Part shown: positions 1 to 8,441 of the stretch, piece by piece
Numbering within the stretch: position 1 is the first letter of the stretch
How the letters are laid out: each line of letters opens with the position of its first letter
Source of the DNA: Geosiphon pyriformis uo1
Taxonomy: Eukaryota > Fungi > Glomeromycota
Assembly (NCBI GenBank): GCA_016748015.1
Contig: JAAOMT010000166.1
Coordinates: 1 to 9,172 of the forward strand
Length of the DNA: 9,172 nt
Direction: 5' to 3'
Translations under genes and position numbers: made by a program
The notes under the pieces: model-generated
The model's input: the letters and a program-made list of their open reading frames with translations, nothing else
The model's database searches: none
Told to the model about the DNA's origin: nothing

Positions 1-731
1 GGGTCCGGTAGAAAGGGTGGTTGTGGTTCAAACTGACTTGGGTTAAAAGCCCTTTGGATACCACTTACTCTCATACTCGAGGCCGCCATGTTTGTGATTG
101 GGGCAAAGGTTACTTGTATACCAGCCCAGTACTTATTTTCCCCATCCTATTCGCTGTTGGATGCGATCCTTAGCCTCCCTTGTACCCGCCCCTCCAATGA
201 CCCACATACACAAAGCAATACCAGGGGTAGTTACTGATTTTACGCATACCTTTGATTGGTTGTTGGGGCCTAGGGCTGGTAAACCCCTCGCAGAGGACCC
301 GTTGATTTTGAGTAGTAGGGACCTAGTATACTTTCTAAAGGACCCACACCAACAACAGTGGTTACCATACTGCATGCCCATGGGGGAGGATTGCTAGTAC
401 TTGAACTGGGACTTTGAGGGATCCCATGGCACCTTGACTCTTGACTTGGTGATCTAAGAGGGTATACTCTATTATGGGATGGATGGATAGTAGGACCATT
501 GGATACTAGTACTGTGTATTTGGTTTGCAGCAGGATACAGGGCGAGTAGTACTTTTGGGGAGCTGGAGAGGTCAGTTGCCATACCCCATACAAATACAAC
601 CTCGGATATTATGGGATTACTTTATATGAGTACCCTTTTGGCCCCCACCTAAATAACTTTCCACTACCCTCATACACACCCCCCAAATCCGTACCCATAC
701 TTACTACTCCTTATTGGTTGGATAGGGCCCC
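1..731 (+). repeat. Terminal direct repeat, left copy (731 bp)
   Basis: Starts GGGTCCGGTAGAAAGG and ends GATAGGGCCCC; the same sequence recurs at 8442-9172. The three ORFs inside it reappear with identical translations at an offset of exactly 8441. Confidence 0.97.
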
Positions 732-781
732 ACCCCCCCCCCACCCCCCCCCACCACCCCCCCCACAACCCCCCAACCACC
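728..781. repeat. Compound poly-C tract (C4-A-C10-A-C9-ACCA-C8-ACAA-C6); G-quadruplex potential on the - strand
   Basis: Read directly; four or more G-runs with short loops on the - strand. Confidence 0.85.
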
Positions 782-784
782 GAT

Positions 785-799
785 TTTGTACCTATCCCC
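785..799 (+). repeat. Dispersed 15-bp direct repeat, copy 1 (TTTGTACCTATCCCC)
   Basis: Exact second copy at 1747-1761, with partial similarity continuing about 10 bp downstream. Confidence 0.75.
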
Positions 800-1746
800 T
801 CATGACTACTTGAATTTACCCTTTGAGGCCCATCCTTACTCTTTTTATGGTAGCATAAGAGCATTGGAGTAATAACTTCCTCCTCTTATCTAACTGCTAA
901 GCATACATATAACCAGGCCAGGTATTACCGACTTGATAGTTACTGTATTTATTGAGCAGCATACTGGTTGTTATGAGAAATGGTATTGATAGATGGCTAC
1001 CAATTAGGCGTAGGTCTTGGTATTCGTCCAGTCAAATAAGTACAACTGTAAGGGTAGTCCCATGGTTCCCACACTAATGATCGGTACCATACTCTTTGCC
1101 AATGAGGGACTTGATGGATAATACCTTATTGGATCCTGTACTCATAACTATGACCAGACTAGATATTGAGTGCTATTGAATAATGCCCGTTTGGTGATGG
1201 ATACCCTATTGGTTGTGGGAGATGGGGAGGTTGGGTGTTGGTAGGACTTCCCTAGACTTGGTAGGGTTCCCTTCTCATGATTGGGTATCCAATAGGATCC
1301 ATAAAAAGCAAACCATTACCATACCATACCCCTTAAGTTGGATCCTGAGGTGGATTTGTTACTTTAGTTACTTTCTGGACTTTATCCTTTGTGGGGAGAG
1401 CTATTTGGAGTTGGTTTTGGGCCAGGAGCCCGTCTACTACAAGGACTGCTTATGAGTACCATACCATTGATCCTTGGTAGGGAGCGCATGGGTAATGAGT
1501 CTTTGGGCTTCAGGTAAAATCCAGATTGAGATTGGTGATAAGCCCTGATTGGTAGTACTCTAGTGTAAGACTTGGGTATTGGGTATGGTAAGTACTAGGG
1601 TCCTTTTTGGGGTATTTGTATAAGGGTCATGGGGTAGGTAAGTAGATCGGAGTAGTGATGATCCCTGTTACTGTTGACGGTTGTATTGGGATCCTGAGTA
1701 CTAAGGTATTGGATTTGGTATGGTTTTGTGTAGTAGACTCGGATAC

Positions 1747-1761
1747 TTTGTACCTATCCCC
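1747..1761 (+). repeat. Dispersed 15-bp direct repeat, copy 2 (TTTGTACCTATCCCC)
   Basis: Exact match to 785-799. Confidence 0.75.
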
Positions 1762-2206
1762 ATCACTATTGGTACAGAGGGGGAGGATTCGATATTGAGT
1801 TTATGGGATGGAAGTCCTGGTCATGGAGAATAGGAAGTCAGATACGGATTGGAGTACCAGTAAGCATTACCTAAGTTTGTAACAAGGTTTGTAGGTTTTG
1901 GATACCCATTGATACTCCTTTACTTGGGTACCACAAATAGAGCTCCCCAGATTGATCCCCCTAGTATTACACTACCACCATGCAGTTACTTACTTTCTAC
2001 CAATCACCCAAAGCAACACGGATCTCTCTATCCACCTTATATTTAGATTAGACCCCCCAGGACTGACTATCTACAGTTGATCTAGCCAACACAAGTATCA
2101 ATCTCCTCAATAGTACTCCCTTACTATCGATACACCCTTTGTTCTGCTTAATATATGGTATAACCTCCCAATACTACCCAGCCTGTCCACCCATGATCAC
2201 AAAAGC

Positions 2207-2216
2207 TATATAAAAG
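2207..2216 (+). promoter_or_regulatory. TATA-box-like motif TATATAAAAG
   Basis: Matches the eukaryotic TATAWAWR consensus and is preceded by CAAAAGC, as is the second motif at 2772. No credible downstream ORF. Confidence 0.2.
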
Positions 2217-2610
2217 TCTAAGCTACCAAGGTCTATTGACAATACTCTATAGGTACCGAAGCAGATTGGAGCCCCCCCCCCTAGAGATTACGGTAGGCTT
2301 ATAGAGATGGCGTTGAAAAGCTTGTAGAGCCCATTTGTATGCATACCTTTGATACCCAGGCTTTCTAGAGTACTAATGGCTACAGGATGGACGACCCTTT
2401 TGGATCCTGGGGGGACTCTGGCTCTCATAGGGACTGATCTACTTTGGCTACCCTCCCGTCCCGAAATCAATCTGGTGCCTGAAGTCCCATCCTGTAGTGG
2501 ATAAGGGGGACCCAAAGCCAGATACCCTACTCGGAGACTGACTCTAATACTGGAGTTGGTAAGTTTGATTGGGGCCTCAGACAGCCTTTTTGGAAGTACT
2601 TGTTATACAC

Positions 2611-2735
2611 CCCTTGCGGAGGCAGGCATTGGCCCTGCCAGAGTGGGCGCCCCCCCCCCACCCCCCCCCCCCCCCCCCCCAGCCAAGGACTGGCGAAGCC
2701 CCCTCGCAGGCAAAGCGCTTTGGCCGGAGGCCCCC
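2611..2735. promoter_or_regulatory. GC-rich multi-hairpin island around a C10-A-C20 tract; candidate replication origin or control region
   Basis: Stem GGCAGG/CCTGCC (2621-2639); C10-A-C20 (2650-2680); GGC-GAA-GCC (2692-2700); perfect palindrome CAAAGCGCTTTG (2711-2722); GGCC-GGA-GGCC (2722-2732). CpG and GpC are retained here, unlike most of the unit. The function is inferred. Confidence 0.45.
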
Positions 2736-2771
2736 ACCAAAGCTCCAATACCCATCTTTCAAAAGCCCCCC

Positions 2772-2779
2772 TATATAAG
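2772..2779 (+). promoter_or_regulatory. TATA-box-like motif TATATAAG just downstream of the GC-rich island
   Basis: Consensus match and position only. Confidence 0.2.
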
Positions 2780-3660
2780 GTACTCTAAAGACCTCACAAG
2801 GATCACCAATCATTTAAGACGCTTTGTAGACTTGCGCAGGGTACCCACCCCGAACCCCCTGGCTAATATGACAGTCTAATAGGATACTTGGATAGTAGAT
2901 TGGGGAATACTATAGCATATGATCGGATCCCCTCTAGTAATGTAAAGAGCTTCTTGGCGGACCCTTCTGGGTATTGGACGGGTCTTTTGTATCCTGGCTG
3001 GACCTATATTACCCCATTATACTTGGGGGTGGGGGGACCCTGTTGTGGTTGGGGGCCTTTCTGAGGTATTGGTGGGTTAAGTGGTAATAGGGGGGTTAAG
3101 GGTTATTTTAGTACTGGTTTAGACGGGCGAGTTTTGACCCAGTTTGATTGGTGGTATATGGTAGGTTTAGCTTGATAGGGATAGGGTTGGATTTGTACTG
3201 GGTTTGGCAGGGGGGATCAAATACACCAGTTGTGGCCTCTACTGATCCTTTAGGGTACTTATTGGAGGGACCAGTAGTTTGATTTTTGCACAGTCTGTTG
3301 ACCTTGCAGGTTGGACCCGTTGGGGCTTACCAAGATACCCCACATCTAGCCTGGCGCGCCTCTCATGTACCTATTACTACCCACCCATACAACCCACTAC
3401 TACCCACAACCCCCCATACCCATATCCCCCCCCCTTACTTGTAGCGACGTACCTGCGGCGCCTGCACCGCTTGGCGACATAGAGTTTGTGGTACCTTTGT
3501 ATAGGAACCTTATGGATAGAGAGGAGGACTTGGGAGTTTGGGTATTACAGGTGCTTATCCCCGGACTGTTGTACATGGACCTCCCATATATACTATATCC
3601 TCATATATAGATGGAGTATAAGGATTTGGACTTCTCGCACTTGCTATTGCATACCCATCA

Positions 3661-3680
3661 CCCCCCCCCACCCCCCCCAC
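3661..3680. repeat. Poly-C tract C9-A-C8
   Basis: Read directly. Confidence 0.85.
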
Positions 3681-4899
3681 TCGCCGTATCTAAGTACTAC
3701 TACAGAGGGATTGGGATCCTGATAAATGGAGGGGGGATCTCATGATTGGTACCGTAATACGCTAACAGTCCTCTTAAAGCTTAATAAAGCTATACGCTTC
3801 TTTAGTACAGGAATCTATCCTTACTTAAAGGCCCCTTGTACCTATTGTATTAGATAAAGTACTCCATGAGGGCGCCGCGATTGGATTTGCTTAAATGGGA
3901 GTATGAGTAATATACCATATAGAGAGTTACTGATTTGACTACTAAGTTTTAGGTAAAGAGACCAAGGCCTAAAGTAATACCAAGTCATGGCTCAGGCACC
4001 ATAACCCAACCAATACACCAATGAGTAACCATACGTGGACCCTTACATACAATGGATCCCCATCTGCCCTGTCCCGGCCCCAATAATACCATATGTAAAC
4101 ATCTCCATGTGCCTATGGACTAAACCTTTGGTATTACTTTTACAGTCCCATACCCAAGTACCCAACAACTGTTATCCCCTTACCTCCAAAAGGGGTTGTA
4201 CTGAAAGCACACACAAAGTACTGACTTTAACTCTTCTGCCCCAACAGCCCACAACCCCTGGGACCAACCATAGTATCCCATGTACCAATAAGGCTTTACC
4301 AGCTTTACTACAAATCCATCAAAGGGGACCCATTACTTACCCTCATGGGTACCCGACCCATTACAACTACCACAACCAATTCATTGCCCTACTTACTATC
4401 CTCTTTGACAGCTATATGACTCTATGACTATAGGACTTGATAGGATTGCACACAACCCTTGATATGATCCCATCGCCCCCCCCAGTGCGAACTGCGTAGG
4501 GGATTGCTATAAGAGCTCTCTATCCACCAAACCAACATAGGGACTTCTAACGACAGGATACAAACAGTACTCAAATCCTACCCTATTGGGCTATTGGGAA
4601 CTCTCAGTAATACACATCCTCAGTAGGGAAGTCTCTATAACTAGATAGGGTTTATCGTTACCCCCCCAGGATCCCGATTCTTCAGTATTCGGGTGGGCAT
4701 CTATATACCCCCCACCAACCTCAGGTATACAAGCCTCCATCTTGTACTCTTTACCCATTGATAGGTATGGAGAGGGATCCTTTAAATTACCTACCGATAC
4801 AAATGGTTGGCCAAAACAGGTTTGTTTGGTAGTGGATATTCTTGCCCCTTATTGTATTACTACCTAAACCAATAGACCATATGAATCAAAGCCTTGTGT

Positions 4900-4917
4900 T
4901 GTACTGTACACAGTACA
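4900..4917. repeat. Inverted repeat TGTACTGT-AC-ACAGTACA
   Basis: Perfect 8-bp arms with a 2-nt spacer. Confidence 0.75.
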
Positions 4918-6086
4918 CCTACAAATACCCCATTACACTATACTTACCCTACTTCTTAGAGGTAACAGGGGGATCTCACTGCTGATTTTTGTATCCCTGG
5001 TGGTAGCGAGTCCTCCTGTTACTACTTGTACTAGAATCCCGACAATTGGTGTGGGTACTATTAGGTGTTATTCTACCATGGGATATAGGATCGATACTCA
5101 GGGTATCCAAACACATGGGATATTTGGACTATAGACAGTATCAATACCCATTTCGCGAACTTCTAAGGTTTGGTATCCCCTTACTTTTGTTTGGTGTTTG
5201 AGGGGGTTTGTGGTGAATACTAGAGGTATCCTTTTGTACCCCTGCCACAATGGGCATTATCATCCCAATATAGGAGGATCCCATTTTTGTCTACTAGTGG
5301 TGATGGGGATTTTACGTACCATTAGTCTTATTTTGTAGGGTTTTTGTGTATGGTAAGAGGGTTACTGTGGATACTTGACATGGTTTGTAGCCTTACTTGA
5401 TGGATGGGGATCCCACCTAATCTAGCCTACAAAGCAGACGACGGTCCATAGCTACCCAACCAAATGTTATCTAAGGACTCAGCTTACCATTTGTAGGTAT
5501 AGTCCCCTTGTCCTTGCAGAGCTCTTAAGATTCGATTGGCTTTATTGGGCTTTATGGAGCTTGGGTGGGGGGAGGTTGGGTGGAGCCCCTAAGATCCCAT
5601 TAGAGCTTTATGACCCTAGAAAGCTTTACAATAAAGACAGTTACTTAGAGCTCCAAATACCTCTTATAAAACAGGTATCCTATGGAGGCCCCTGACTAGG
5701 ACTGCCAGGATGGGGATAGATAAGGAGCCATACCCCTCCTACCCCCCCCCTATCCAAATACAACATGAGTACTACAAAGTAGCTATATGGACTCCCTGGG
5801 GGGACTTACCTACATCCCTATACATGGATACCATAGGTACAGAGCACCAAGGGTAGTTTGTGATGGGACGTCCATGACATGGGTAGCATAATAAGGGTAC
5901 TGGTGGCTGGACTGTCCGGGGCCACGGGGCTTCCCATAATTGGGTACTCTTCTGATCATCAACTCTACTCAGCAACCTCATTAGAGTACTAGTACTAATC
6001 ATGGTCATTGGTACTGGGTCCTCCATTACTACCCACCAGTATAAGAGTCAGGTATAGGGTCTAACATGGGACTACATCCTGGAGAA

Positions 6087-6100
6087 CCTGAGTACTCAGG
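6087..6100. repeat. Perfect 14-bp palindrome CCTGAGTACTCAGG
   Basis: Read directly; a 13/14 copy (CCTGAGTACTAAGG) lies at 1693-1706. Confidence 0.8.
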
Positions 6101-6134
6101 GTATGGAGACGATATTGGGTTGTAGACCTGGTGT

Positions 6135-6161
6135 CCCCCCCCCCACCCCACCCCCCCACCC
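6135..6161. repeat. Compound poly-C tract C10-A-C4-A-C7-A-C3; G-quadruplex potential on the - strand
   Basis: Four G-runs separated by single T on the - strand. Confidence 0.85.
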
Positions 6162-6891
6162 GTCAAGTATAAGGAGTATCTTATAAGCTTGATGTAGGGT
6201 ACATATGTTCTTGGGACCAACTTAGTAAGTAGCTTTACAATTGGGGATATAGGATGGGGTAGTTGGTACTCAGTTTGTATAGTATTGATTACAGCCTTGA
6301 TTACTTGGTTGGGGTGATTGGTATACACGGTTTGTTGTAAGCAGAGAGCCCCCTGAGTCCCCAGGCCCATAAGATAGTTACTGCGAAGGGCCTTGGACAT
6401 GGGATATGGATCCAGATGTTGTTTTGTTGTTAAGGATGGTTTGAATTGTAGATTTGTGGTTGGATAGGTGGTTTAATGGGTGGGAATAAAAGCTTTATTT
6501 ATTGATGGGAGGGGATCCCTCGCAAAGGATTTTGGCACATTGGGCTGTACGTTAGGTGGATCGCCTAAAATGGGATGGTATATTGGTCAGAAGTTTGAGT
6601 ACCGACGTGGACTGTTTGGGGATTGGGCATGGGTAGGATACAAAATGGCTATTTTTAAGCTCCTAATGGATACCAGTTACTTTGTGGTTTGTTGGTGATT
6701 GGTAAGGGGATTTGGGATGGTCTGGTTTTAAGGTGGTTTATGGATGGAAGGCTTGAATTGGTAACTCCTGTGTTGTTTGTATAGGGAGTACTTTGGAGTT
6801 GGCTATACAATCTTTACCCCCCCCCCACCACCCTTCTTTTGTTGGTTTGTGGTATTTGGTTGGATGGCAAGTACTTTTTGGTATACTTGGG

Positions 6892-6910
6892 CCCCCACCC
6901 CACCCCACCC
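6892..6910. repeat. (CCCCA)n tract C5-A-C4-A-C4-A-C3; G-quadruplex potential on the - strand
   Basis: The - strand reads GGGTGGGGTGGGGTGGGGG, a canonical G4 pattern. It sits inside an otherwise G/T-rich block of the + strand. Confidence 0.8.
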
Positions 6911-7865
6911 ATATATGGATCCCTAGTAAGTAGCCCTGAGTTGAGTTTGTAGACCACTACTTGTACCCTTTGTGGAGGCTTAGACAATCCCTGTAGTGCG
7001 TAGTAGAAGGCTCACATCCCATCCCAGTTATTTATGAGTGATTGGGGTTGGGTTTGATTTTTGCCACTATTAGGGTGGATCCATGTATCTTAAAGGTTCC
7101 AAATCCTAATCAGAGTGGGTAATGGTTGTGTAGTTTGAGTTGTTTTTACCCCCTAATCCCCCCCTTTACAGTCCTCGTACCCCAAAGGTTTGTCTGACCC
7201 AACCCCCCAATGGTTGTAGACCTGTGGCGATGGGGGGTAGGTTAGGTATACCCGGGGTTTGACACGGGAATCTACTGCGTACACTTGATGGGTTTTGGTA
7301 TTTTGGAGCCTTTGTTTTGAGGGACGCCCCCCCCCCCGTTATTACAAGGATTGGACGTGGGGTTAAACAGATCCATATGACTTACTTGGTGGGGGGACTC
7401 TTGATTTGGGACTATTTGTGTTGGTAAAAGAGTACTTGAGTTGACATTGATTACCCATATGGTACCTGGTATACCAACCAAAATGAATCCTTGGTACTTT
7501 TTAGTAGTAGTTGTGGGTATTTGGGGGTTCAGACCACAACCATGGTATGTATTTGTGTGTGTGGGATTGGTTGGGTTGTAAAGGGATTAGATTGACATTT
7601 CTTGACCAACTAGTAATCCCTACTCACAGGACTTGTACTGGTGGTACAGGTGTTGTGACCCAAATCATGTTTGGTCCCTGGTGGGGTATAAGGGGTTGGT
7701 GGGGAAAAGGGGTCATGGTTGGGTTGGACAAGTTTGGTTTTGTGGGAAGGTTGGATGGTGGGGAGTTGGTAATGGTTTTAGATCAGGGGTTGGGGAGTAA
7801 GTATTTTGAGGTGATGGGGAATCCTGGTTTGGTGGAGTTGGTAGTAAGTGGTAATGGAGTTAGAA

Positions 7866-7889
7866 TGGTGGGTATTGGTGGGTATTGGT
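7866..7889 (+). repeat. Short tandem repeat (TGGTGGGTAT) x2.4
   Basis: Read directly. Confidence 0.7.
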
Positions 7890-8441
7890 TATTGGGTCAT
7901 GGATACTATTGGTTGGGTAAGGGGTTGTAATCAAGCAATAAATCCTATAGCAGGGGCAAATAATATAGCTAGGGTGTTGATGGGAATCGTTGGGTTCTTT
8001 GTATTGGGTTATATGGTCCGGATTGCTTTACTTAGGAGTATCTCTACCTGGGTCCTAATATTGTATATACCAACACCATAATATAGTATGGAGTACAACT
8101 GTTGGCTACACCAATGGGGGAATTGTATGTAGTAGACATGATAGTTGATGGTATGTTTATCCCACTCAGGGAGCCTTGTATGGGTCATATTGGGCGTTGG
8201 TATTGATCACGGGTGGTTTTGTCATGAGGGTTGATTGGGATTTGGTTGGATTGGTCATACAGACTCTATGAGGGCCTATAGATGGGTGGTGGTTGGAGTA
8301 CTAACCACTAGAGGTCCCACTATTGTTATAATAGGGCCAGATGGATGGATCCCATATGGAGTGGAGAGCTTTGATGTAAAACTGACTACAACTACCACTA
8401 CCCAAGTTGACTTCCTGCTCTCAGGTGTGTTAACCCGGGAG

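Larger units (their letters stand above)
1..8441. other. Complete unit of a probable circular or tandemly repeated 8,441-bp DNA with no recognisable genes
   Basis: Terminal redundancy; no TG...CA LTR ends; no ORF over 139 aa in the six-frame track; the same k-mer bias throughout. Confidence 0.7.

Noticed and set aside
1962-1970. TAGTATTAC, the circovirus/nanovirus origin nonanucleotide
   Set aside because: The match is exact, but the flanks (GATCCCCC / ACTACCAC) cannot form the required stem, and GTATTAC-like words are common in this sequence.
2691-2725. HDV-like ribozyme (GCC-CCCTCGCA-GGC resembles P3/L3 GCC-UCCUCGCU-GGC)
   Set aside because: There is no P1 partner, no GG for P1.1 and no downstream P2 complement.
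2527-2879. Five overlapping poly-Pro or poly-Gly ORFs
   Set aside because: They are a by-product of the C-tract and GC-rich island being stop-free in most frames.
4035-4427. 130-aa ORF
   Set aside because: GTG start; Pro/Thr/His-rich as expected from a C/A-rich block in which stop codons are naturally scarce.
4640-4700. Hammerhead ribozyme on the - strand (CTGAAGA-ATCG...CGAT-AAAC)
   Set aside because: It lacks the essential G of GAAA, and stems I and III with an NUH site cannot be formed.
7692-7703. Kinetoplastid minicircle CSB-3 (GGGGTTGGTGTA)
   Set aside because: Only the first 10 nt match (GGGGTTGGTG), inside a G/T-rich block, with no CSB-1 or CSB-2 at the expected spacing.
1588-7850. 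Many GTAAGT splice-donor consensus words, suggesting intron-rich genes
   Set aside because: They occur about equally on both strands, consistent with the general GTA/TAC bias; no exon chain could be supported.
7511-7930. 139-aa ORF (longest in the track) and the overlapping 77-aa ORF at 7848-8081
   Set aside because: The longer ORF has a non-ATG start. Both have Gly/Val/Trp-rich composition explained by the G/T skew and no recognisable motif.
1-8441. Papillomavirus, inovirus, CRESS virus or typical plasmid (size fits)
   Set aside because: No long ORFs. A manual scan of Gly-Lys codon pairs on both strands, ignoring stops, found no convincing Walker A motif, and I saw no HUH Rep or capsid motifs.
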